DNA from: Dudresnaya verticillata
Lineage: Eukaryota
Direction of reading: 5' to 3'
DNA: 64,000 nucleotides
Assembly (NCBI GenBank): GCA_977862235.1
Contig: OZ374565.1
Span: 930,001 to 994,000, forward strand
In this document: positions 23,115-34,355 of the stretch, in pieces
Layout: each line of letters begins with the position of its first letter
How positions within the stretch are numbered: the first letter of the stretch is position 1
Notes under the pieces: model-generated
What the model was told of the DNA's origin: nothing
What the model saw: only the letters and a program-made list of their open reading frames with translations
Database searches by the model: none
Made by a program: the position numbers and the translations under genes

Positions 23115-23494
23115 GGGCCGCGCGCACGTTGCGGGTAGCTCGCGGTCCACGCTGCGGATCCTGTACTGCAACATCGCAAATTCTTTTCCAACATTTCCGA
23201 GCCAGAGCGCGTCCCCGCGGGCAAAACCCAAAGCCATCGCGCACTGTGCTTTTCTTTTCTTTGGGAATCTTCTTGGCAAGCAAACTCTATACTCTCAAAT
23301 CAGCTATTCGCTTCCATCTCTGGCGTGCATGTATGGGCCTATGCTGCCCGCGAGAGCTCACCTCAAGCATGCAATAAAGCTTAACATCGCTTCCTACAAG
23401 TCCCTTTCTCGCATTATCTTCTATACTGCAAGCCATGAAAGTAAAAGATTACGGCACGCCCGCCCTTTTCTTCCACCGCGCGTAAGCGCACACG

Positions 23495-23594
<100 letters not shown>

Positions 23595-23819
23595 TATACT
23601 TAACACAGCTATGCGGTAACCGCATTGACAAGAGCTTCTCTTCTCTTTCCGCGATCCGCTTCCTTCTTGAACACCGGTGAAGCACTCTTAAGAGCCCTCC
23701 ATCCCATCAAGACCAAGTTAGCGCATGCCATGAGGTCGGGACTGGCTGAAATATGATAGCCATTAAGGTGGCTTCGTGGTCATCAGATGCCGCAAGGAGC
23801 CCATGGCACGACAGGCTGT

Positions 23820-23891
23820 AGAAGATCTCTCCAAGCTGGTTTTCAGCAGTAGCCTGGGCTACTGCTGAAAACCAGCTTGGAGAGATCTTCT
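23820..23891. repeat. Perfect inverted repeat with 35-bp arms and 2-nt spacer
   Basis: agaagatctctccaagctggttttcagcagtagcc-tg-ggctactgctgaaaaccagcttggagagatcttct. Confidence 0.95.
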
Positions 23892-26800
23892 TGGGCGTGG
23901 CGGTTGGGCCTGGTAAACATTAGAGCAGAAAGCAACTTCGGTCACTATGATGCCCTCGAAGGCCTTCCCGACTTCTGCAGCCTTTGACAGCGCAGCGACT
24001 CGGTTCGGTTCCATTGCAACATACGCAGTCGCTACTCCGCCGTGTAATTAACGCCCACCATCATCCCAGCGAGGCCCCCGTCGATCTCTACCCCATGCAT
24101 CGAGACACGAGGGCGACGTAGCGAAGATCGAAGACATTCCTGTGACCCAAATCCAGTGTGAGCACGTATGTAGCACCATTCTTCTTTTTTTCAAAGCTTC
24201 TCAACCCGCCAGAGATTCCAGCGCACACCTGAACTTGATCTTGTTGAGCCACTTTCGTTGTCTCCCTGCAGCCCTGTGGTTCCATCTGGAGAATACTCTA
24301 TCGGACGATGCTTGTATCTCCACCATGACTACTCAAAGCATTGCAAGTCCTTTCTTGTTTCCGAAAAGCCACATTAATCTAGCCTACGCTGCCAATCCGC
24401 TCTTTCTGTAACTGTCGAGAGACGCAACACGGAAAACAATGCAACCTTCAAACCCGATCAAAAACTCCAAGAGAAATCCAAAGCCTGTGTTCAGTTCAGG
24501 CTTTCGAATATCATCCACACTGAAATTGTACCGTCACTGTGATGATCATTCGCAACATAGGCGCCCTGTACTATTGCAAGAAATTCCCCGACGCAACGTT
24601 CCTGGAAAGATAGGAGGGGGGCTCTCCTCACACGGACCATATGGAAGGCCTGTTGCGGGGGCCCACCCAAGACCAAGAAGAAAGCAGAAATCAAACATGT
24701 CGCGACGATTGTCTGTCACGGCTATATCCCAAATGGCAAAGGGAGCGATTGTTGTCATAAGAGAGGTTCTTTGGCGTTGGGGAGGTACCTTTCTTATCAG
24801 CAAGATGCAAGGAGAATTTGCTTACTGGATTCACGGACGGCTTTGCTTCAGCAATAACGCGCTAGCTGAGATATACTGGTTTCTTCTATGGTGGCATGGG
24901 CATTTTTCCTGTATCTGACTTCCATTATGTCCCCCTTAACTGATCCCCAATTCATTCCGTTTTGATGCACAACGCCCAGCCTCTGGAAAACCCATTCGGC
25001 ATCCCTGCATGCGATGCAGGCCTTAACCGCAAGATGCGGTAGCTTGATTGAAGTAACTTCTTATATCAAGAACGGCTGTGGATAATAACCCGGCTCCGGG
25101 GGGGTTCCCGCTTATGAGCTGGGTCATCCTACAGATTGGAGCCCTCGAAATGGAGCTGCAGAGACGATAAGGTACCTGTCTGGGCATGTCCTGAGGATTC
25201 TGAGAGTGTCCAGTCTCTTGAATTGGCATCAGCAGTTCCCTGTAACATCCCAGGCTACCCAAAGCACTTGGGGTACGAGAATCAAGCATGATAAGACCAA
25301 GAAGATGTACAAATAAGCGTTTTCTTGTTGGCAGGAGTGCAGAAAAAGGCCGCATCAGTACTGAGCGACAAACCCCACCCCATCATTATCTCAAGGAGAA
25401 CTCAGAAGGCGACTGGAGTCCGTCATGGGATTGTAGCGAGCAATATCATTTCACGCAATGATCCTTAGTCGCGGAAAAGTCCTTGTAAGGTGCTGCTGCA
25501 CCGCAGCAACAAACCTGGCGAAAGCGCTGAATCCTTCACACACCCAAAGCATCTATGGGTGTCGAAGAAGTCATTACTCAGAGTGGGTTCGGGTCACACC
25601 TACATCCGATGCACAACAAGAAGAAGCTGTCGCCAGAAGCAAAAAGGTAGACTGTACGCAGTACCCAGGAATCATCCACTCTCTTCAAACGGCCTGGTGG
25701 CCTGATGTATTGAGCTATGAGCAAGCTGCGCAGGGAATGGTACTCACGGTGCAACTCGGGGAACGCATCTCAAACCATGCGCTTGCGTGTATTTGAAACT
25801 TCTGGATTCCTGTCTTGGAGATGTCTTCTCAATGATAAGTATCCTTGCTTGAAGGAAATGCGCTTGAACTTGAAGGCAGGGTGTGTGAATATGAGCCAGT
25901 TTTCGGATGGTGGGTGGGATTTCGTTCACCTTTGCTGCTTCGACTATGGTCGGCACCACGCGCAAGAAGATGAGAGGTACATGTTGAGCACACCGACATA
26001 GAGGTCGAAGAGGAAACTGGCGTATTGCTCGACGAAGCAAGACCATGGGCCACCTTTGGACGACCAGCCATGGCCTCAGCAGATTGTGAGTTCCACCCTC
26101 ACGAAATTACAGTGCTCTAATAGGGACTGCAACGTGCGGAATCTGTAATGAAGGAGCATCGGCGTTGCGGGGTATTGAAACGAAGCAAATGACTTATTCA
26201 GCTGTTTCAAGTGATTTTATTGGGTGTGCCTAAAGGTCCTCTCTATGCTTCGGGCTCGATTCAAGCTGCGCCATCCCAACGATGCTGCTTCTCCCTCCGG
26301 CCCACGCGACCCCTTCCCCGAACGCACTCCTACCACCCGAGTCCCTTTGAACATGGGGCTCGATGCGAGCGACTGCGCAATTGAGGTCCAAGTGGCATGT
26401 TGCCCAACTGAAACCTCGAGCCTGAGCCTCCACGGACTCCGTTGTGGGTTGGTACGCTGTGCTGAATGCATAACTTTTTCTTCTGTTCCGCGGCTCATCA
26501 TCCTCACCGTGCAGAGCACTTCGTGCTTTTCGTCAGGGCATACCAGGAGACAACATGACCGGTCTACTCCCATCTCAAGTTTGATTTCCTTGTTGCCCGA
26601 CGGACTTGTCGACAACGTTTCTTCGGGCGTCGGTGACTGCAGCTACAACAGTTGCATATTCAAGTGCCATAGTAGGAGGCTCTACGAACCTGCTTTTTAA
26701 CCTACTCCTCGCAGCTCCCGCCAGATCTGTATGAGAAGAGCACCGACACACGGGTCTAGTCTGCGTTTCTGCCTAAATGCCGGCACACCTAATCTCGAAC

Positions 26801-28111
26801 CTCCAAGCTTGCATAGCATTCCCTGCAAGAATGTTCAACGGCCTTCGTGCTACTTAGTCCTTTGGTTCTGTGGAGAATTGCTGCAGCCAGTATCCTCCGC
26901 TCAGTCACGGTCTCTGCACACTGCTATCGTTATGAAACGCTCAACAGCCATGCACATCATCATTGCGAAACGTTCAGCAGCTATTCCGCTTCAATGTTCG
27001 CCAAGGAATGCGCCTCGGTTCTCATTGAGAGCACCTAACATGAAGTTGGAATCTGCAACAAGTGATGTTGTTCTTTGATTGTTGTTTATAGTGGTCCTAC
27101 GCGGGCAGCTTAGGCCCCATGTGCAGGAGCACTTGAGGGTCCGCAAAAAAAAGGGGCTCGTGGACTTATGGATATATGTTTTGTTGCGTGCTATGGGACT
27201 ATGGGCTATCTTTGACGAGGGCACTGTATGGCGGTGGGGGACGGGGGGGTGGATGATCTTGTGCGCATAGTCGGCGGATTTTGTCAATGGCGGTGGAGAT
27301 AGCGGTAAGGTCTGAGGGGCTGTTCGCGGCGTGTGACAATTTTTGAAGGACTGCGGCTTGTTCACGAAGTTCTGAACGTGCGACTGCGCAGGAGGGTGGA
27401 ATTGGGAAGGTGCCAAGATGCCACCGAACCGCAAGCTTACGGTCGCGGTGGTTAGAAAGCCTGAGCGCGGGGGTAGGGACGATGTATTTTGGACCAGAGC
27501 AGACCGCCAACAAGTGCTTTCAAGAATAACTGCGAAATTGAAGCTTCCGGCTATCCGAGACTAGCGGCGACCATTTGTGCATGCACAAGATCATCGCACC
27601 AGTCCTCAAAACAATTATGCAAACGCATTATGACGCAAAGCGATTGCAGTCCTTTATATGAAAAGAACCACAAGTTTGGCAAGCTTTCCGCAAGTACGTG
27701 ATGAGGTTGGAAGGGAATTCGAAGTGCAAGGACGGGGTCTGTGCCGCCTGCACGCTGCAGCGAACGCAACTTCTCCGAGTATCGCTCCAAAACGGGTGCA
27801 TTACACTCGCAAGCAGGCCAGTTTCTGTCCCAGGGAGGTGAACAGCTATGAACTCTTGCAGATCACAACCAAAATCCAAAGGTGCTTTGGCAAACCTCTT
27901 CAAACAACGGGGCTTTCATGCCGCAATGTTCGACCCACAGCGCAGTGCCAGCCGCCCTCTTTGGGTGGACGCAATTCTTGGCTAGCAACAATTCTCTGTG
28001 TTGTCTCGTCCACATGGGGACAGTTCTGCAGAACTCTCCACGGGGACTGAGAGAGCCTCTAATAATGTGCAACCAAAATGCTTGGTGTACTGCAGGATGC
28101 ATCTCAAAGCA

Positions 28112-28330
28112 ATGTGGTTGCGTGCAATCAGCGACTGCCACCAACGCTTCGATCACCAAAACAGGAGGCATGGCATGAATCGACGGGGGCTTCCAGTCTG
28201 AAAAGAAATCAGGGCGTCCACCTTCCATTTCTTTTCTGACTGGAGCCCCCGTCGATGCATGCCATGCCTCCTGTTTTTGTTATCGAAGCGTTGGTGGCAG
28301 TCGCTGATTGCCCGCGCAGGACCACTCTAA
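28112..28330. mobile_element. Fold-back MITE-like element with ~86-bp inverted arms
   Basis: 28124-28209 is a near-perfect reverse complement of 28227-28311. The right terminus (reverse complement GAGTGGTCCTGCGCGGGC) matches motifs at 349-395 and 27079-27127. Confidence 0.6.
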
Positions 28331-28453
28331 ACAAAACACCAATAAATCAAACCTCACCTTCCGCTTGCTGGACGCCAGTCATGCTCTGCTCTGGCATCGT
28401 GCATCTGACCGCAACCTTCCGCTAAGGCTTGCTCAGCCGCCGGCCATGGAGCC

Positions 28454-30022
28454 ATGAAGCGCATCTCAACCAAGTCATTCCTGGGCACTACCGCCGTTCT
28501 CTGCCTCCTTGTTCTAGCGCTCCGCTTGCTCTCATCGTGGCCGGATTCCAGTGAGGCTTTCACAAGGCCGCACATCGCGCGCGAAGTCTGCTTGTTGACC
28601 AACATCAACCCGTCCTCACCGAACCTCTGGGAATTCAGCACTCGCTCGCTCTGCGTTCCTCCTGCGCTGTGCCTCTCACCGTCCCGGCGCACGCTGTATA
28701 CGCCCGCGGTTAAGCCAGAGTGCGCCATTCTGCACGTGAATCTCACAAGTTCCAGGCATACGCTCCCGGCAGTTCTGAACGGCACCTCACACACCTGTGA
28801 AACCTTCCGCCATGACTTTGTGTACTGCGCGCACGGTAGCGGCCTTCGTCGCGCCCGCCCGGAATGCCCGTTACTCCGCCCGCTGACTCCTGCCATAAAA
28901 GGCAACACTACGCTGCATCTGGCGGAGCCGGCCATCGTCGTTCCAGACTACGCCTTCCCACGGAATATGTACCACTTCGTCAACCCGTTGACTGACCTGG
29001 TGCGCGTCGCAGAGCGGTTGTCTCTGCTGCTTCCCCACGCGACACGCCCTAACAAGCTGCATGTCCTCCTATGGCAATCGAAAGATATCATCCTCGAGCA
29101 CCCATGGAAGCGCGACCTGCTGGAGATCCTACTTCGAGAGCGCTTGGTGCGTCTCGGGCTCACCGTCACCGTCCACTTTCTCCCCCAGGAGAAAGCGGAC
29201 ACAATATGCCTCGATCAGCCCATCGTGCTCGGTCGACGGGGGCACTACAACACCTGGGCTTTTCCGAACGGCACGGACGTCGCACTAGACGGCTCGGCAG
29301 TTTCAAAGGATTCAGTCGACTTCCGACGAGCAGTATACGGCGGGCTGAAAATGAAAACGACCGTGCCGGGCGTAGACGGGCCAGCATGGTCAGACCCGCC
29401 GCCCTTTGTGGTGGGATATGCCAAGCGGAAAGGGAAGCCGAGCGGCGATGGGTACTTCAAGGCGGGTGGGATGCGTCGGTTTTCGGAGGATGATGAGAGG
29501 TGGTTTGGGGCTGTGCTTCACAATGAGACGATACGAGTCGGAGCGCAGCTGAAGGTGTTGGAGCAGGGAGAAAGTCAGAGTTTTGAGCAGCAGGTGCGCG
29601 AGATGGAGGGTGTAGGGGTTGTTGTGGGGATTCATGGGGCGAATCTTGTTAACGCAATGTTTGTCCGGCCGTTTGGGGCGCTGCTGGAGATCTTCCCAAA
29701 AGACGTCACCGAACGATGCTACCTGGCTGGCGGCAACGCTGGGCTACGATACTTGCGGTTTGAGGCAGGGCTCAAGGCCGGTGTGGTGGAGAGCGGGTGC
29801 TACTACAAGGACGCGTGGTGCGAAGCTGACCCGCGCCAACGCATGATCAAGCTCGCCGAAGGTGACCGCGAGAGGTTGGCTGTGATGGTAAGGCAGGCGA
29901 TTGAGCATGTGAAGAGACTCCGGGAACGGTTTCCGATGCGGGTGCCTGTTCGGTACGACGGGAGTGGAGTTCGGTTTATGGTGGACGGCACAATAAGAAA
30001 CATGACGGCGCGCGATAAGTGA
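28454..30022 (+). CDS. Glycosyltransferase family 61 (DUF563; xylosyl/GlcNAc-transferase-like), type II membrane protein, 522 aa
   Basis: N-terminal TM anchor; NMYHF, SFEQQVR, GIHGANLVNAMF and LLEIFP motifs typical of GT61. Confidence 0.87.
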   Translation: MKRISTKSFLGTTAVLCLLVLALRLLSSWPDSSEAFTRPHIAREVCLLTNINPSSPNLWEFSTRSLCVPPALCLSPSRRTLYTPAVKPECAILHVNLTSSRHTLPAVLNGTSHTCETFRHDFVYCAHGSGLRRARPECPLLRPLTPAIKGNTTLHLAEPAIVVPDYAFPRNMYHFVNPLTDLVRVAERLSLLLPHATRPNKLHVLLWQSKDIILEHPWKRDLLEILLRERLVRLGLTVTVHFLPQEKADTICLDQPIVLGRRGHYNTWAFPNGTDVALDGSAVSKDSVDFRRAVYGGLKMKTTVPGVDGPAWSDPPPFVVGYAKRKGKPSGDGYFKAGGMRRFSEDDERWFGAVLHNETIRVGAQLKVLEQGESQSFEQQVREMEGVGVVVGIHGANLVNAMFVRPFGALLEIFPKDVTERCYLAGGNAGLRYLRFEAGLKAGVVESGCYYKDAWCEADPRQRMIKLAEGDRERLAVMVRQAIEHVKRLRERFPMRVPVRYDGSGVRFMVDGTIRNMTARDK

Positions 30023-31826
30023 TTGGGCAATGACAAACCGCTTACGCGACCCCAGACGTTGGTTCTGCTCTACGTCGACCGGTGCGGATCGGAGATAAAA
30101 ATCGCTCTGTACAACAGTGCTGAGACCACGCGGCCAATGACTGAATGGGCAAGAGCTATCTCCGTGAGATATCTCCGAGAGATGGACCAGCCTTGCCCTC
30201 TCTCTTCGACATATAAATCACGGGGCGCCCTCTCACTCTTCTTAATAAAGTTCTTCTCTCTCGATTTTATGAGAAACTTAACACTCGCTGCAATGTGTAA
30301 GTCATCTTTCTTGTTCTTACCAAACCGACAAGCCGCCAGATCACAAAAAATGTCGTCTCAAATGCGGAGAACAGTCTTTCCGTGCTTAAGCTCAACGACT
30401 GCTAGTCAATTTGGTACTGAGAGAAGCATAACAAGAGAGTCTACAGAAATCCAACTACGAATGCATTTCCCAGTTCACCCACTCCACTGCGATTGAATCG
30501 AAGTACTTTACCCATGCATGGCTGCTGTATTTCCAGCTCCGATCCTGATGCATGATAACCTATCAAGGGAGTAAACTGGGCTACCATAACGATCTTCTGA
30601 GAATGCATCTCTGATGAATCTCCAAGCATCTCAAATGGATCCGAAGGTATGACGGAAGTCTGTCTCAGCCAAGAATACAAGAAAATACTCATCAACTCGC
30701 TCTGGTCCACGTTAGACTATTAGCGATAAGATTCATCTATCCACCTTCAAGTCAACCCAATCCCGATGAGGGGTGGACTTGAAGTTCAGCGGTTGCCTCA
30801 ACGTGATTCCCTCAACAGTATATACTGTTTATACCACTTCCGTCTTCCTTGACGATGATACGACAAGAACTGCCTATTCGATTCTTCCTGAAGGCGATAG
30901 ATGAGTATTTGACGAAACGCACGATTTCCCTCACGTACCCCTGTTCTCTGTTCCCAGCAACTGAAAGAAGAAAATCTTCCCTGTCTTCATGCAAATCGCA
31001 AACCCCGTATAAAATATGTCATTCAAAAGAAGCACAGCAGAATGCAAAAATAACTGCGCAGTTGAATTGGGCGAGGATGAGCTCTAGTACTGGCCATGCT
31101 CGATGAAATCCAAGAAATGAAGCTGATTGCGATCAGGGCAACATAAGCAAGTCGCCATCCAAGCCAGTGATAATTCTGAGGTAGCAGATGGAGATTTGGG
31201 AGCGAAAGACGAGTGACTGGGGTCCGAAACAATGTCCCCGTCTTTCCTGCAAGAGCGTTTCAAACTGCGGAGTTGAACTGAAGAACAGTTTGGCGGGTCG
31301 GGTAATGACTACCTCTTCTTCAGACCTTGCGACGACGACTCGATACTTCTGGTGCGGAGAAGGACTTCCCTCAGTGGTCTAATTTTCCACAATTTGATAC
31401 TGCAGTGGGGAAACATGTCTTGCGCAGTCACGTTGCTCATGTGCCATGGGAAAATGGCGCAGGCTTCAACATTACTTGGGGTTTCTATGATGTAGGGCGG
31501 TTTCAGAAGCAAAGAGAGGTCAATCCAAGGTAGTAGTGAGGATTCTGATCCTCTGCGAAGAAGCAGTTATTGCCAGCAATGTTTAATGAAAGCTCCAGGT
31601 TTTGACACTTGCGGTTTTGTTTGAGTGGAAGGCGACAGAACATCTCTCCATATTTTTGCCCCGCCGGGTCCCAAAAGACTCCTTGGATGTCCCCCGTTCG
31701 TTTAGGCTCTGCACTCTTTTTCGCATCCCCGAAATCGCGACGCAGCATCTCTTCTTGCAGCGTCGCCTGTGGATGTACCAGATGCGATTCCATTCCCCGT
31801 ATCCTCCTTGCAGTGGATGTTTGAGG

Positions 31827-33242
31827 TCATGGATTTTTCTCTCTTATGGCCCTCTCTGATTCACAGATATAGTCCTCGACATCAATCCCAGCTTCCTCCA
31901 TCTGTCGAATACGCGCGATGGCGACAACCATCCCGCAGTCTTGTGAGCAATACTTGCTGTCTGGTCTGCTCATCTTGCTACATGCTCTGGAGGCACAAGG
32001 ATCTAGTAGACGTTCCACGGCATGTTGTTCAACTGCCTCAACGCTTTGTGATTGAACTGGTACAGATCTGATGAGGGTTGCACCGGGAGAGCCTGTTGCA
32101 CAAAACGTTGTAGGACAGAAAGGCCGTAACGGAGTCTTCTGGTCCGTTTCAACTCGAACCATTTCTGTCTCTCCCTGATTCATTCGTTGGGCTCTGCTGA
32201 GTTCGAAGGATTCTCTCCTTCGAATCAGATGCTCGAATGCTGATCCAAGTTTGACGGCATATTTTGTGTACATATGAGCATTGCCGTTGTATGTCCGGCA
32301 GTTCTGTACGATCAAACGGACATCGTTGGCCACCTGCAGGGCATTGGAGTAAGCCCCGCTCATAAAAAATTCCTCGATGGTCCCGAAGTCCATCGGTCTC
32401 TTAATGATATGCAAATAGTTTGGTACCCTATCCCGTATGGGATCTACAGAATGAAGAAAGGGTTTGGCTGCTCCTTGTTTGCACATTAGAGCAATAATCT
32501 TCATTGCTGCTTGTAGTAACCGTGCAGTTCCTTCCTCATCAAGTGCTTGACTCGGAACCCAAAGATCTTGATGCGAGGGATTCATTTCGACTTTCGGTGC
32601 GGGTTCTTGCTGACTACCGGGACCCTTGAGGACTCCTTCATCATTCCCGGAGGAGAAGGCTTCCTCCCCTTCCCGCAACTTCTTGACAAGTTCCAGGGGA
32701 TTTACTTTCCTGTTGTTGAGGGATGTCAGCTGCTGAAGAATGAACTCCTTTTCTGCAAAAATCTCCTCTTCCGTGTAGGCTTTCATGTTCTTCCACCGAC
32801 GGCTAAGTCTTTCCAAGAAAGTCTGATACGTCACGCGTTGCATCGTCGTGGCCTGGAGATATATTCTTGCGCACATCTCGAAAGGGCGCCTCAAGTGCTG
32901 ATACGTCTTGCTGTATCTACTCGCTGCGCTCTTAAGCCGGTACCATGCGTTCGCAGAGCGGATCCAGATACATGGGTCGCCGCTGTACTCGAAACGCCAC
33001 TCAGCAAGAGGAGTCGTAATGACCCTCAGCATCTTTCCAGTCGGGGAAACTACACAGCCTCTTCCCACGAAATCATGACTGTCACCGTCGCCCTTTCCCA
33101 ACTCAAGTAACGATACATCCTTGTTGTCGGACTTAATGTAGAAATCGGTGAAGTCTCGCTGCGGGACCTGATCTTCGCCCATCCTGAGGTTGAAAATAAC
33201 CGGTATTTCGCTCTCGGCAGCAATTCTTCTGGCTGATGCCAT
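31827..33242 (-). CDS. Bromodomain protein with N-terminal RFTS (DNMT1-RFD)-like domain and C-terminal CFP1-like Cys motif, 471 aa
   Basis: Bromodomain PFLHSVDP..VPNYLHIIKRPMDFGTI..DVRLIVQNCRTYN. N-terminal EWRFEYSGDPCIWIRSANAWYRL resembles RFTS. C-terminal motif CASRACSKMSRPDSKYCSQDCGMVVAIARI. Confidence 0.85.
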   Translation of the reverse strand: MASARRIAAESEIPVIFNLRMGEDQVPQRDFTDFYIKSDNKDVSLLELGKGDGDSHDFVGRGCVVSPTGKMLRVITTPLAEWRFEYSGDPCIWIRSANAWYRLKSAASRYSKTYQHLRRPFEMCARIYLQATTMQRVTYQTFLERLSRRWKNMKAYTEEEIFAEKEFILQQLTSLNNRKVNPLELVKKLREGEEAFSSGNDEGVLKGPGSQQEPAPKVEMNPSHQDLWVPSQALDEEGTARLLQAAMKIIALMCKQGAAKPFLHSVDPIRDRVPNYLHIIKRPMDFGTIEEFFMSGAYSNALQVANDVRLIVQNCRTYNGNAHMYTKYAVKLGSAFEHLIRRRESFELSRAQRMNQGETEMVRVETDQKTPLRPFCPTTFCATGSPGATLIRSVPVQSQSVEAVEQHAVERLLDPCASRACSKMSRPDSKYCSQDCGMVVAIARIRQMEEAGIDVEDYICESERAIREKNP

Positions 33243-34355
33243 ATCAGTTCAAATGACTAGACGTTGGGAAGGGGCTATTCCCAATGGCTCTAACGCCCAG
33301 GAGAGAACGACCAAACGGTCGCTTGCGAGCTTGAACGGGAGATTTCGAGGTGAGAGGAAGCAAGGCGAGAGTCGAAGAATTCGCAGGTGGAAGCGGGAGC
33401 TTGAAGAAGTGGTGCAGAGGCACTTTCACCCAGGCGACTACTCGGAAGATGGGCGCAACGTCTCCGAGACCGTCAAAGCACGAAGTGAAGATCAAGACTC
33501 TGGAGGATATAGGATCACGAAGAGGGTATCCAAGCGCCGATACAGGAAAAGAAGGCAGGGCGGGAAGCGTGGCATCAGCTTGCCACGAACCGAAAGACTT
33601 GGTCAAGCGCCGAGGGATCGACGTGAATTCCACCGAAGGTCCACCAAATTTCGGCATCCATTTGGTGGGGATTGGTCCACTTGGTCCACTGCGTGTATCC
33701 ATTCCACGAACGCTACTGGAAGGTGATTGGTTAGTGCGAAAGCCGGCGTGCTTCCTTCGAGCTTAGCACACTCGCCGGACAGCCGGCCCTGATTTGTCGT
33801 CGGGCCTATGAGGAAGTATAATTTCGCTGATTTTCTCACCGTTGCACTCGGGCCTCATTTCAGTGCTTCACGTCACGCCCGACTCGACTGCGGTTTTCGT
33901 CGGATTACGAAAGCTTCGGACGGGTTTCCACGACTCGTCGACCCTTTTTGCAGAAGCCTTAGCGGCACTGGATCACTTGACCCCTGAATCCCCGAGTCTA
34001 CACGACTGTTGTCGACGACTGGGACGACCAAACGCTTCTTCAGCGCTCCTTCGCGGCCCTCTTCTCTCTTCAAAGACTCTTGCGCTTGTGACTCAAGGGC
34101 TGACCTTCGCTGCGACCGCTGTGGATGCGGACTGCAGTGGACGCTGGTTGCATCGACAAGAGTTGACTGGGAGTAAACCCGTGCCTTGCGCTCCCAGTCT
34201 GCTCATCAGCAGATACTTTCTCTCTCTGTCCCGATCTCGCTCTACCAACAAACCCTCCTGCTCATCGCAGCATCTACTCTTTCGACATTCGGCTCGTTTT
34301 CGGCTCTGGTCTCGAAGCTCCTTTCCTCGAGGAACTGGTTGACCCGTTCGCAAAC

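Noticed and set aside
24000..27000. Short overlapping ORFs
   Set aside because: No motifs or consistent frame.
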